Of a stretch of DNA of 64,000 nt, positions 50,814-63,817 are shown in pieces. Numbering within the stretch: position 1 is the first letter of the stretch; the number at the start of each line of letters is the position of its first letter. The stretch is from Guillardia theta CCMP2712 (lineage: Eukaryota; Protista; Cryptophyta). The translations under genes and the position numbers were made by a program. The notes beneath the pieces are model-generated. The model was not told the origin of the DNA. It did not search any database and worked only from the letters and a program-made list of their open reading frames with translations. The stretch is from the NCBI RefSeq assembly GCF_000315625.1, contig NW_005434619.1, positions 398,991-462,990 on the forward strand, given 5' to 3'.

Positions 50814-53323
50814 TCACGAAGGTTTGACCGCACTCCTCATCTCGTCTCCTCGGGCGAAGTCGTAGGCCAGATCTCCTCGACGGACGTTCTGCGCGGTGCG
50901 TGAAAGGAGCGGAGGGAGACAATTGTCCAAAGAGCGGAGGGGATTCGATTGTCTTACCTTGGGCTTCCCTGTCTTCTTGTCGAAAGTGTGATAGAACGTG
51001 TTGACCCGCCGCTTGTTGCGCGCGTTCACATCAGCCCCGTAGGATAGGAGAAGGCCAGCGATCTCTGAACAGCTCGAGCTCAGCTGGAGTCGGTGCCCCC
51101 CAATCCTTCTCCCAGCTCACCACCACCAGCTCTCACCTTCCTGTTGAGCAACGAGCGCGACATGCAAGGGCGTGTCTCCCCGCCGCGAGTCCCTGGGGTC
51201 AACAGTGAGCAGCAGCAGCCGACGGGCTCTTGAGCTACATGATGCTGGTGGCTGCCCTGGCCTGCAGCAGGAGCTACCGAGTTTGAGAGGAAAACTCAGC
51301 ACCCTCTTCCTCCTCCTCCTCCTCCTCCTCCTCCTCCTCCTCCTCCTCCTCCTCCTCCTCCTCCTAACTGATGCAACCTGAGCCCCTCCCGAGTTGGAGT
51401 TGAAAGCAGCCCAATGTAATGCAGTCCATCCCCGCACTTTATCCTGCGGCAGCGTCAGGAGCAGGAGGAGAGCGAGAGAGCTCGGGCACCTGGAGGTTCA
51501 TGTCTGCCTTAGCTGCGATGAGCCTCTTCATTATGCTGACGTGCCCGAATTTCTGCATTGTGCAGTCATCCAAGAACGAGTGTTGAGGAGCAGGCAAAGC
51601 AAAGGAAAACAATGTCTGTGAGACGACAAAGAAGCGTTCAACAGCAAAGAAGCGTTCAAACAGCAAAGAAGCGTTCAAACAGCAAAGAAGCGTTCAAACA
51701 GCATCATTGTCAAGCACTTTGAACATCTCCAGCATCTCAATGATCGCAAACATGTTGATCCTAGTTCGTTCCACAACTTCACACCGAGGCTTCGATGAGC
51801 GGTGAGCAGCCGGCAGAATCGACTTGGTCGACGAACGCGCTGCTGACATTGGTCAGGAGGTGACAAGGGGAGAAAGAGGTTAGTCTCGGACCGCTGCTCC
51901 AGCAGGTACTTGACCACCTGATCGTGCCCTCCTCTCACTGCATAATGCAGGCAGTTGTTCCCGTCCTCGTCCACTGTGAGTTGAAGTGATCATTAGAGGT
52001 CAATAGAGGTCAGTAGAGGTCAGTAGAGGTCAGTAGAGATGATTAGAGATGAGTAGAAATCAGTCTCCACATCGCAGTTTCTCATCGCATCTCGTGCTTA
52101 CCGGAAGAAATCGGAAACCTCCGCGCTCCCTGTCTCCCTTCCACATAGTCCTTCACCTGGACATGAACCTTCAGCTCAGCAGAACCAACGATCATCTGTC
52201 AGCTTGCCAGTTCGAAGTTCCCGTCTCCCGCTGCGAGATGTCTGACAAGTACTAAGACCGAGGAGTAAAAGAGTGTTGTACGTTACAAGTCATGCTGAAT
52301 GTGATGATCTTGATCTTCATGTAACGCCATCATCCTTCGCTTCACTATCTTCCCGCACTCATGTCTGCAGTTGACGTATCGCTCCGCACAGTCGTCCTCC
52401 TGATGCTCTAGCAGATCCTTTGCCTGCCAACGGCGTCAAGGCACGTATCAGCGATGCTTCTGCTGCCCCACCTGTACTCTTATATCACACCCTTGCTCCA
52501 CCACGCTCTTCTTGAGAAAGCCTTCTTCCGCCTTTCCTGCCCCTTCCGTCTCTTGGATTCTTTCCTCCTCCTCCTCCCTCCCCTTTGCTTTGCTCTTCTC
52601 CTCCTTTTTCCCGTTCTCCTTCTCCTTCCCGTTCTCCTTCTCTCTCCCGTTCTCCTCCTTCTCCTGCTTGACCTCAATCTGCTTCTCCCCTCCCTCTCGA
52701 ATCAAGGCCTCCTCGTCTTCAAACACATATTTACACTCCAACGTGCGCAAAGGGCACCCGCTGTTCACCCAGTCTTGCGTATTTCTACATTGCGCTGCAT
52801 CCTTGCCGTCATAGTGTCCTTGAACCGCGTACCCGATGACGATCTCACCGCATCCTAACTTGCACTCAACTCTCCTCATGGGACATTCTTCCTCTTCATG
52901 CCTCTTCCTGTCCCCGAACCGAATCTCCTTCCCACAACCTGCCCACCGCAGCTTGTAACCCTCCCCCTCCAGTGTGTGGAACGGCGTCTTCAACGGGGGA
53001 TGCCAGCAGGTGTAAGGCCGCTCGAGGCACTCGATGAAAGGGTCGCCCTTGACCCTCCTCTCCTTCTCCTCACTAGACACCCTGTCGTCCAAGTGCAGCC
53101 CCAGCTCCCTCGCTGCTCCCTTCCACCTGCACCTTGGCGCGAACTTGCACTCGACTATCCTCATTTCGCAGAAGAGCATCCGGTGCCGCCGCCACTCCCT
53201 CGCCCTCACCATGAGCTCGCACTCGCACTTCTCCTTCCTCTCAGGGCACGAGCCTCGCATGTGCGCCTCCTCCTCCTCCTTCTCCACCATCGCCCCGCAC
53301 CCAAGCCGGCAACGCACCGCCAT
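50814..53323 (-). CDS. TRAF-type zinc finger plus ankyrin repeat protein
   Basis: Repeated CxxxC...H...CPxRxxxC units; ankyrin motifs GNNCLHYAVRGGH, GWTALHWAA, GDTPLHVA, GADVNARN. Confidence 0.85.
51627..51701. repeat. Intronic minisatellite, 4 x ~19 bp (caaagaagcgttcaaacag)
   Basis: Direct observation; no spacers. Confidence 0.9.
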
Positions 53324-53404
53324 GCCCGACCAATTGCAGCCGTTACTGCGATCTGTTTCCGTTGTTCCAATACCTATCAAGTCGGGATTTTGTCGGGACG
53401 CATC

Positions 53405-56072
53405 ATGGTGCGAAAGAATGGAAAGCGTAAGGGAAGGGAGGAGGAGCAGGAGGAGCAGCGGGAGAAGCAGGAGCAGGAGGAGCAGGGAGGATTAAGACAG
53501 AGACGAGCAAAGAAAGGAGAACGTGTGCTTAAAGGAAAGAGCAGGACAGGGTCTAAAGCGGTGGAGAAGGAATCTCGCAATGAAAAAAATGCGCAGTCCT
53601 GTCAGGAAATCAGCGACGAGGAGGTGAGAATCAGCGACGAGGAGGAGGAAGGGGAGGAGGAAGAGGAGGTAGAGTTAGATGCTACAGGGAAGATATATCA
53701 TGAAGGGCGTCTCAACTCAGAGGTTCAGAGCTGGTCGGATATTCTCTCTTTCACCTGCGAAACTCTGGAGAAATTTCTCGGAGACTGTGAAACAGCCTTC
53801 ATCGATGGCGGAAAGTGAGTTTTTTGCGAGCGAAGGACCGTTGTCTTGTTTTGTATCCTTTCTATTCCTCTTCTACTGCCAAAACATCGTCTTCTCTCAA
53901 AAACAACATCCTCTTCTTCTTTCAAGAAAACGTCCCCTTCTTTCTCTCAAAACATCGCCCTGCTCCATGCGATCTGTATCTCCCTCCTCTGCCTTGTGTT
54001 CGCCTTATCTCTTTCCCCCCCCTTCCTCACTTGGCCCCAGATCCTTCTGGTGCCCTTGCGGGTTCCAACCGAGATGTGCGCTGGAACAGCTTGCGCTAGA
54101 GATCTTCAGGCACCATACCAGGAGAGCCAAGTTCGATCAAGAGAGGAGCGGGGTGGAGTGGTGGGTTCAGGAAACAAACCTCCCTTCCCTTCCTCCCTAG
54201 AATGTAAAACCATCGGAGCAGGTGCGGCGACCAACAGGAGACAGCAAGGAAGACATCGGAATGCACTGGGACAAGGACGAGGATTTGGTGGACAGTCAGG
54301 GTAGGAGGAGGAGGAGGAGGAGGAGGAGGAGGAGGAGGAGGAGGAGGAGCTGCTCTAGATCTCGATCTCACCGCCGTCACCACTCACATCCTCCTACAGC
54401 GGCCCGTCCTTGCTATCAATCTATCCAGCTCTCTGCCCTTTTTCCTGCACCCCTGTTTCCTCTTCTGCCACCTCCTCCGCCACCACCTCTGCCACCACCA
54501 CCTCCTTCTCCTCCTTCTCCTCCTCCTCGTCCTTCCCCTCCTCCGCCACCTCCTCCGCCGCTACCACCACCTCCTCCTCCGCCACCTTCAGTCTTCTCCT
54601 TACAGTAGACTGCAGGTTTGAACGTCCACCCCCAGCTGAGCACGGTGACGTACTTGAGCGACGAGGGAGCACCGACTATGATACTGAGGAAGCAATCGTC
54701 TGTGGTATACGACGAGATGCTGTCAGCCTACGGCAACATCAGTGAAGGATGGCTGTCTGCTCCAAGGTTCTTCCCACCGCCACCACCTCCTCCTCGTCCT
54801 CCTCCTCATCATCATCATTGCTTCCAAATTGCACTCCTTTCCTTCCTTGCCCTCTGCTTGCCCTCCCACCACACTTCGTCCTCCCTCCAACATCCCGTTC
54901 GATGAACATCACTGCGTCGCTTCCTCTCCTCGCTCTGCTCTTTCAGTCCTGATGTTCTCCCGCTCTCTCTTGCTCCTCACTGGCTTCTCCTGCAGGACCT
55001 GCAAGCACATCTGTTTTGATGGCCGATGGCTCCATGGAGCTCCGTCCTCGCTCGCTCCTTTGGCGACGGGAAAGGTAAGAGGAGGACAGGGAGGGGCAGG
55101 AGGTGGAGGAGAAGTAAGAGGGAGTGGAGGGGGAAGAGAAGGAGGAGGGGGAATGAACGAGCGGTTCACTGACGAAGAGGATAGAGGAGGATAACATTCC
55201 TGGCGAACGTCTGGATGAATTATCAGCCTTCTGGAGTTGAAATATTTCCAGATGAAGAGATCAAAGTAAGAATTCTCGCCTCCCTGCTCCTTCCCCGCCA
55301 GCTCCTGTCCTCCTCCTCCATGTTGTTTTCCTCCCCTGCCCTCCTCGCCGGTTCTCAGCTCATGTCACGCTGGTCGCAGTCCTTTGTCATGCGGGAAGTC
55401 TCAACGAATTTCTCCTGCAAGTCAAGGATGAAACGAATCCGCGTCCCTTCAAGTGATCTATACTCCTCTACTACTACCACCTTCCTCCTCCTCTACCACT
55501 ACCACCTTCCTCCTCCTCTACCACTACCACCTTCCTCCTCCTCTATCACCTTCCTCCTCCCCTGCCGTTGCCACCTTCTCCTTTTTTTCTGCTTCCACTT
55601 CCTCAACCGCCACCACCGTCTCCTCCTCCTTCTCACCTCCCCTCTTTTCACTTGCTGCTCCTCTCTCTACCACCTGCTTGCCTGTTCTCCTGCTTCACTC
55701 GTCGTCCTCTCCTCTCCTTCTCTCCCTGCACTACTGAATGTACCCCTCCTCCCTCCCCTCTGCTTTTTCCTCCCGCCTCCTTCTTTCATTTCCTCTCCCT
55801 CTGTCTCCTGTGGGTGTCTAACATGGAGTGGATATCACAGTTTCGGATCCTATGGAGTTCCTATTCGGAGGAGCGTCAGGTTAGAGAGGATGACACTCTC
55901 CTGCTGCTCCCTCAGCTACCGCAGGTCATCAGCACCTTCTCCGCGTCCTCCTTCCGATCGCAGAGGTCAAGCGATCGCTGGTGGAGGGAGCGACGCTGCT
56001 GCTCTCCTTCCCCCTCCGCCCGCCGGCGGCCTCCCTGATGGAGAACGAGGAAGAGGTGAGAAGGAAATCTAG
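53405..56072 (+). CDS. Conserved algal protein, putative 2-oxoglutarate/Fe(II) dioxygenase
   Basis: PRCALEQLALEIF, GVEWWVQ, MHWDKDE (HxD), STVTYL, FDGRWLHG (distal His), RITFLANVW (Arg); 3' end uncertain. Confidence 0.65.
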
Positions 56073-56409
56073 AGGAAGATGCAGGAGAGGCGGCAAGAGG
56101 AGCAGCACGAGGAAGAGCAGCAGGAGGAGACGCGGACGAGGACGGGAAGGGCGGGGGGGGACGAAGGAAGTGGATTGGGCAGGGGCAGGGGCAGGAGTGA
56201 AGTGAGGACGGAGGAGGAGAGGGAGGGGGAGGGGGAGGGAGACGTTTGACATTTAAGTCTGCAGGATAAGAGGAAGAAGATGAAAGGAAGAGACGCAAAG
56301 GGATGATAGCAAAGAAAAGAAAAACTCACTGACTTCTAATCATTATCACTTCACAACCCTCCCCCTCCATAATTGCTCGAACAGCTCTTGCTCGTCCTCC
56401 TCCTCCTCC

Positions 56410-58373
56410 TCAAACGTTTTTCCGCATCTTCGCCATGATCTCTGAGCTCGGCGGCATCGGAGCGCCGCCCGCCCATCGAGGAGCGCTCAGTCGCGAATGA
56501 CGGGAAGCAGAGCGCGGGTCAGCATGCTCCTGGAGGCTCTTCTTGTGAGGAGGAGGAGCAGGAGCGAGCGGCGCGACAGTCTGCAGCCCTTGGATGTGAC
56601 CAGCAATCACGCCGTCGAAGCTGCTCCCCTCCTTGTCTGCCGCATGAACCCTAAGCGAGTTGAAGGCGGCGGGCTGACCGCGGGGACGAGGAGGGCGGGC
56701 GAGGGAGGAGGCATGCTGCTGCATCCTTTGCTTGGCTGGATCGCCTTCCTCCTGGAACTTCTTCATCACCTCCCGCACCTTCCCATCGCTCAGGTTGGCA
56801 ACCACGACGTCCTCGTCCAGCTTCAGAGCCTTCCTCTCCTCCCTCCTCTCCTCTCCCTGCGCCCTGCTAGCCTCCTGCAACTGCAAAGGAGCCCCTCTCT
56901 GCCGCAGAGGGTCTATCCCGTGGGTCCCTCCTATGTGCGGCTTCTGGACATGCCAGGGTCCCTCCCTCCTCTCCTTCCGACTCGCTCTCGCTATCCATGC
57001 GAACACAGACACGCTGATCAGACCCTTGACTCCCTCCTCCTGCTCGTCCCCCTGCCGCGCGATCGCCGCCATCCAGGAGACCTCCGGCGACGTCGCCTCG
57101 ATCTGCCCAGCCTGCGACCTTCCCAGCATCACCAGGAAGGTGTTCCTTGTGATCTCCGGGCCCAGTCGCACCAGTGCTTGTCCTCGAAGTCCCTCCTGCT
57201 GGCCCCGGGCTGGAAGCGAAGGAAGTAGGCGCGCTTCGGCTCCATCTCCACCTGCATCTTCTTGACCGTCCTCTTCGCCGCATCCTCCCCAAACTCACAC
57301 GCCTTCCTCGCCAGCGCCACTGCCTTCTGCGCCTCCTCCACCGCCCTTCCTGCATGCTCCGCCGCAAGCGAGCTGTTTGCCTGGATCTCAGCCCAGTCGT
57401 CGTACCTATACGGCCTCTTTGCCTTCACCTTCCCCTCGTTCCAGTACCCCGTGAACGTCCTCGTCGGATCGATCTCCAGCTCCCTCCCAGCTGAGTCGAC
57501 CGGTACAGCTGGGGAGTCCTTGAACCAGACCTGGGCCCACTTTCTCTGATCCGCCTCCCTCTGCGCGTTCTTCAGCAGCTCGGGGTCAGCCTCCGCAAGG
57601 GTAACCACCCCCTTGCCGTGCCGCTGGTCGTTCCTCCACTGCCCCTCATAGATATCCCCGCTCGACGTCACGAACTCTCCCCACCCATGCCTCTCCCCCC
57701 CCCTGTACTCTCCCTTGAACACCGCCCCCCTCGACGACGTGTACACTCCATACCCGAACCTCTTGTCCTGCGCATACTCCCCCATGAAGATGTCTCCCTC
57801 CGGCCAGAAGTACAACCCGAGCCCGTCCATCTTTCCTCCTAGGAACTGCCCCTCGTACTTGCCCACGAACCCTCCTCTCTCCATGATCTCGTACACTCCG
57901 TACCCATCCATCTTGCCGAACTTGAACTCTCCCCGGTACTTGGCCCCTCCTACGAACTTGTACACTCCCACCCCGTGCATCTTGTCTACCTGCCACTCTC
58001 CCTGGTAGAACTCTCCGTTGACCCCCTTGAACGTCCCGACCCCATGCGCCTCGTCGTCCATGAACTCCCCGTCGTAGATACTCCCGTTCTTGTAGTAGTA
58101 CGTCCCGTATCCGTCTATCCTCCCATCCCTGAAGTGACCCTCGTATACGTCTCCGTTCGCCATGATCAGCCTCCCGAAGCCATTCTGCAGGTTGCTCTCC
58201 CAGAAGCCCTCGTACGTCGAGCCATCAGGACGGACGTACCTTCCCTCCCCATCGATCTTGTCGTTGGCCCACTCTCCTTCGTAGTAGCTCCGATCTGAAA
58301 ACGCGCATAGGCCCCAGCCATGGCGCTTCCCGTTCTTCAGCTCCCCCTGATACTTCCCTGGTTTCGCCCCCAT
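56410..58373 (-). CDS. MORN-repeat protein with C-terminal extension (frame change near 57172)
   Basis: About 11 YxGxW/FxxxxxxGxG repeats; ORF 56410-57171 continues in another frame. Confidence 0.85.
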
Positions 58374-59321
58374 GCTTCACCTGCTCATGCTGGGACTCTG
58401 CTGATTTTCTCGATGATCCGCATCAAGGACTGCCAGCATAACATTAGAGTTGTTCTGACAAGTCGATTCTACTTGTTTCACTTTTCCTCCTCCACAGACC
58501 TGAGTAAAGGCCACAGACCATCTCTTCTACCTCTATCAGCTGCTTTTCCCTTCTCCTCTGTACTCTGCCCTCCCCTCTCTTCTACTGTACTGTACTGTCC
58601 TGTCCTGTCCTGTCCTGTCCTGTCCTGTCCTGTCCTGTCCTGTCCTTTGTCCTCTCTGCCTGCTCATTTCGTCAACGCTCATTATCCTGTGGCCAGTTAC
58701 TGGCTGCCCACCCCCACCCCCTTCTCTCTCTTGACAAACTCTCACCCATACATTTTCAGGCAAACTACCCCGTAATGGCAGACCAAAAGAATACCCCTAC
58801 CCCCCTATTGTGAATCAAGGAGCTTGTCATTCTGCAGTCAATGGTCAAGGGAAGGAGCGGGAAGCAACGAGGACGAGGAGGACGAGGACAAGGACGAGGA
58901 CGAGGACGAGGAGGAGGAGGAGGACTAGGACGAGGAGGACGAGGACGAGGAGGACGAGGACGAGGAGGGGGGAGATGGGTGTGATTGAGTGTGGAGGAGG
59001 GGGGTGGAAGGTTGGGGAGGGTGTGTAGAAGAGGAAGGAGGACGGAGAGGGAGAGGAGAGGAGAGGAGAGGAGAGGGTGGACTTAGCACCAAAGAATGGG
59101 GAGGCAGGGGGGGTCAAGGAGAGAGGAGGAATGAAGAAGCGCGGCCGAGCTGTGCAGGACGAGATGTCTTTGAAGATCAAGAGATGGTAGTGAGATGAGA
59201 GAAGGTAATGCGGAGGTTTTGCATGCGTTAGGACTTGATGAGCTCATCTTTCCGCCTGCTCTGCACCAGCGCCTGACCTGTTTCCTTCACCAGGCCATCC
59301 GACTAGGTCGAGGTTTCAAAC

Positions 59322-60245
59322 ATGATCAGCAACTTAAGGGATCGTTGGCTCCTCCTCGGCCCCCTCCTCTTCCTGCTCTTCTTAGCTCCCCATACTTCAG
59401 CGTCCTCCTGCCCCCCCGGCTCCTTCCTCCCCCTTCATGGCCTCTGTACGCCATGCCCCACCGGGACCTTCAGCACTGACTGGGACACGCGAGCCTGGTG
59501 CTCGCCTTGTCCTCAAGGATACATCAACTTCACTCCGAACTCTACCTCCTGCCCTCACTGCGACGTCGGCTTCTACAGAGACTCCTCGACCACCACCACC
59601 ATCACCAGCACCATCTCTTCCTCCTCCTCCTCCTCCTCCTCCTCCTCCTCCTCCTCCATCTCCACCTCCACTTGCAAGCCATGCCCGCCGGGCCAGTACA
59701 ACTCGTTGCTGGACAGCGATCGCTGTGAGCCTTGCGGGGTCGGAACTGTTTCGAAGGGTTGGACATGCGCATGACAGGAGGGGCGAGGTTGTTTTCTGCT
59801 CTTGTACTTGTACACACAATGAACCAACAGGATTATGGCAGACCAATCAACGCTCTTTTTGCTCCCCTGCTCTTTCCATTCTCCCTCCCTCCCTCCCTCC
59901 CTCCCTCCCTCTCTCCCTTCCTTATTCCCTCCCTCCCTGCCTCTCTCCTTTGTGTTTTTGCACCTTGCCTTGGGTAAGTAATTTTCCCTCCTTCCGTCTT
60001 CGACGTTGCTTGCCCTCAGCTGCTGTCTTGCTGCTCTTTNNNNNNNNNNNNNNNNNNNNNNNNNNNNNNNNNNNNNNNNNNNNNNNNNNNNNNNNNNNNN
60101 NNNNNNNNNNNNNNNNNNNNNNNNNNNNNNNNNNNNNNNTACTCTACTCTACTCTCCTCTCCTCTCCTCTCCTCTCCTCTACTCTCCTCTCCTCTCGCTC
60201 TTCCAGTCCATTACGACTCCTACTTACTGTGAGTCCACATTTTGA
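59322..60245 (+). CDS. Secreted/surface Cys-rich protein with GCC2/GCC3 (TNFR/ephrin-receptor-like) repeats
   Basis: Signal peptide, then CPPGSF, CTPCPTGTFS, CSPCPQGY, CKPCPPGQYN, CEPCGVGT; 3' exons uncertain across the gap. Confidence 0.75.
60040..60139. other. Assembly gap (100 N)
   Basis: N run. Confidence 1.
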
Positions 60246-60554
60246 CTAGAGAGGTTGGCAAGGGTAGGGGTAGTTTCTGACTCGATTGGGGAAGCGTAGG
60301 GTACCCAAAAAATGCCATATTTCATCAGGGGTGGTGAAATGATCTGCTGTAGAATGCAGGGTAGGTATACCAAGGGGAATTAAAAGGTGGGTAAAATGAA
60401 GTTGATAGGAGGGGTATTCATTCAGAGAGTCTCTTGAATTGTGGGTGGGGTGATGACTGGCACGCAAAGTAGGGTGGAGTTCTATACCCCACCCGTCTCA
60501 TGTGCCCTCTACCCCACCCATAGTTATTTATCCTCCGGATTTCGAATCCAGAAA

Positions 60555-60615
60555 ATGCCGAGGTTGGACATCAAGGGCAACGACAAGGTAAGGGAAGGAG
60601 GAGAAGAGGGAAGGA

Positions 60616-60651
<36 letters not shown>

Positions 60652-62304
60652 AGAGCTTAAAGGAGGAATGAGAGATGAATGCTAAGGAGCTGGGGAGGAG
60701 GAGACAGCAAGTTGAGGTGGAGAACGCAAAAGATATAATTTCATAGATGATAAGAGTTGTCTAGTAAGGGCATGTGTTGTGACACTTATTTTCAGACAAG
60801 AATGAAGGTTTGCTGTTGTTGTCATGATCATTGCTACAATCATGACATCTGTTACCCACTTCTTGATCATCATCTTCCATCATCATATCGGTGTGAAACT
60901 ACAAATGGTCTAACTTGTGTCATCCCCTTCAGAGCTCCGTCCTTAAGATCAGCAGCAGGACAGCCAAGGTCACCAAATACTCCGACTTGCAGTCTGACTC
61001 CGGTATGGAGGTGACGGCTGCGCTAATAGCTGACAGTCTTGACAGACTCCGATGTTGACTTGAAAGCTTCCCAAGCCAACAGGTCAGTCTACTCATATGT
61101 GCTGTATACGCTCCATTGTTGTTTGTCGCTGTTGTTGTCATGATCAATGTCACAATCATCACATCTTCTATCTTCTTCTTGATCATCATCATCATCATAT
61201 CAACCATGACCACCACAACAACTGACATCATCGTCATCAACGAAAACTGAACTTCCTTGACTCCAGCCCTGCTATTCAAGCTGCCCTGTCACCGGAGAGT
61301 CAGAGCCTGATGGAGAAGAAGAGGGAGAAGGAGAAAGAGAAGGAGGATACTCCAGCCTCCCTGTTAGCTTCGACTTCAGCTCAGCTTCTGGTGAGTCCGG
61401 AAACTTGCTGCCATCCTCCTTCGAGGATGCAACTGTTGTGACTGATGATGTGAACAGGATGAGTCGCACAGTCAGGACGGCAGGAGGTATACAAAAAGAC
61501 GTCTGCCCTCGTCTTTGCTGACCTCTCTGCTCAGCTCTCCTCCCCGTGGAGCGCCTGTCGTAGGCAGGAGACCGATGGGGATGGAGTTTCATAGCCTGGG
61601 GTTTGAGGAGAGGTCCGTCAAGAAGTCTGTTCATTTCCAGTAAGATATCTCCCTCTCCTCTTCCACCCTCCTCTTCCTCCCTCCTCCTCCTCCCTCCTCC
61701 TCCCTCCTCCTCCTCCCTCCTCTTCCTCCTTCCGCCCCCCTCCTCCTATGTGATCTCACCTCCGATGACAGGGCGGAATCTGAACACAGGTCCTCCAGCT
61801 CAGCTCTTGCCCAGCTGTAAAATCGCGAGCTCCCAGCAGCCTCTGGGCTGACAAAGTTTCGCAGAGCTCCTCCCGTCCTCCACTCCGATTCAGGTCCTGC
61901 CAAGATGGAAGCAAGCAGCAAGCTTTCCTTCCCATCCTCCTCCTCCTCCTCCATCCAACCTCCTCGGACCCTGCCAAAGGTCTGTCAACTTGTGCTCACT
62001 TCGCTCCTCAAGTAGTGGCAGGACGAGAGCGCAATACTGCCCGTGGCTCCGTCCCCTCACCAGCTCCATCCTCTGTGACAACGAGGCAGCACCAGCTGCT
62101 GCAGCAGCCTCGGATGCAGCCGCAACAACAACAACGACAGCAGCAGATTCAGACGCAGCAGCAGCAGCATGATGATCGGAGGAGGAGCCGGTCGGCCTCT
62201 CCTCCGTCTCCCTCCGACAACTTCGCTGAGAACGTGACTCGGCTCTCAATTGCGAGCCCATTCGCCGTGTCGGACAGGCGGCGGCAGCAGGTCGTGAATC
62301 TAAG

Positions 62305-62344
<40 letters not shown>

Positions 62345-63506
62345 TCTTCTAGCAGCGATCGTTATGCTTCGACGCCACAGAGGTCAGCAGTTTGACCCAA
62401 GGATTGTTGTCGTCTGACCTGTTTACCATTTCGCTCTTGCCTCACTGTTGGTCCTCTCCCCTCCTGCTCTGACTTCCTCCTCCTCCTTCTACCTCCTCCT
62501 CCTCCTTCTCCTTGGCAGCAGCAGGGGAGGAGTACCCAGCATACACTTCTCGATGAGGGGCCAGGCGTCGAGCGGGAAGGAATCTACGAGGGGGAACGAG
62601 AGCAAAAGCTCCCTCCTCCTCCCCTCCCACCTCACCGTCTCTCTCGAGCACGCCCCCAACATCTCCCCCGGCAGGATCGAGAAGCGTCTCACCGGGGGGT
62701 CAACTGGCCAGCCCCCCGCCCTCTACCCGCTCAGCGACCCTCCGAGGCCCCCGGGCGGGCAGCAGCAGGAGAAGCAGCTGAAGGAAGTCCAGCTGAAGGA
62801 AGTCCAGCTGAAGGAAGTCCAGCTGAAGGAAGTCCAGCTGAAGGAGGTTGTCAGGCTGAGTTTGCGGGGGAAGAGGTTTTGAGGTTACGAGGCTGCAGGT
62901 GGCTGAGCTGACGCGGCAGCTCAATGAGGCACAAAGAGAGCTCGCGGTGTTGAGACGACAAGTAGCTCAGGTACTCCTCCTCCTCCTCCTCCTCCTCCTC
63001 CTCCTCCTCCTCCTCCTTGTCATCATCATCTTCATCTTCATCATCTTCTTCTTCTCTTTTGTTCCTTTGCTCTTGACGATCAGCAGGCAAAGAGTGTATC
63101 CTCCAAGGCGACTCAGACGGAGCCGCTAGCCACGACAACGTTCACATCTGGACGATATTCTCCTCCTGTCTGTCCTCTTCCTGATTTTCTTGCTCCTCCT
63201 ATTCTTGGTTCTCCTCCTCCTCCTACTCCTCCTACTCCTACTCCTACTCCTACTCCTACTCCTCCTCCTCCTCCTCCTCCTCCTCCTCCTCCTCCTCCTC
63301 CCTGCCCATTGATTTGCTTTAGGCCACCCGATGGAAGGAGGACTACATCGTTGCTCCTGCTCCCTCGGAGAGGAAAAGCGAGACGTCTCCGTCCTCTCGC
63401 TCTCCAGCATCGGCGAGAGGAGAAGACCGAATGTCGATTGAGAACTCGTTCTCCTCCTCCTCCTCCTCCTCCTCCTCTCCCTCTCCCTCTCGCCAGCGCA
63501 ATGTGA
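60555..63506 (+). CDS. Hypothetical low-complexity/coiled-coil multi-exon protein
   Basis: MPRLDIKGNDK|gtaag start, a series of ag/gt-bounded exons, coiled-coil VAELTRQLNEAQRELAVLRRQVAQ; structure and end uncertain. Confidence 0.45.
62775..62849 (+). repeat. 15-bp tandem repeat x5 (cagctgaaggaagtc; QLKEV)
   Basis: Direct observation. Confidence 0.92.
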
Positions 63507-63817
63507 GCATATTTTTCACTCTTAGTCCCCTGCTCCCTTTCTTTCCTCTGTCCTTCTCTCCGACTTCTTTTGCTTCTTACCCATCCTCGCTTCTCCTATA
63601 CCAATGTTTTTCTCTCCTCTCCTTCCCTCTTCTCTACTCCACTCCACTTCCTTCTCCTCTCCTCTCCTCTCCTCTCCTCTCCTCTACTCTACTCTACTCT
63701 ACTCTACTCTACTCTACTCTACTCTACTCTACTCTACTCTACTCTACTCTACTCTACTCTCGTCCCCTCCCATCCTCTCGTCCCCTCTCTTTCGCTTCCC
63801 ATCTCTCCGCTCCCTCC

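Noticed and set aside
51627-51701. CRISPR-like short repeats
   Set aside because: Head-to-tail units with no spacers, no cas genes, eukaryotic intron
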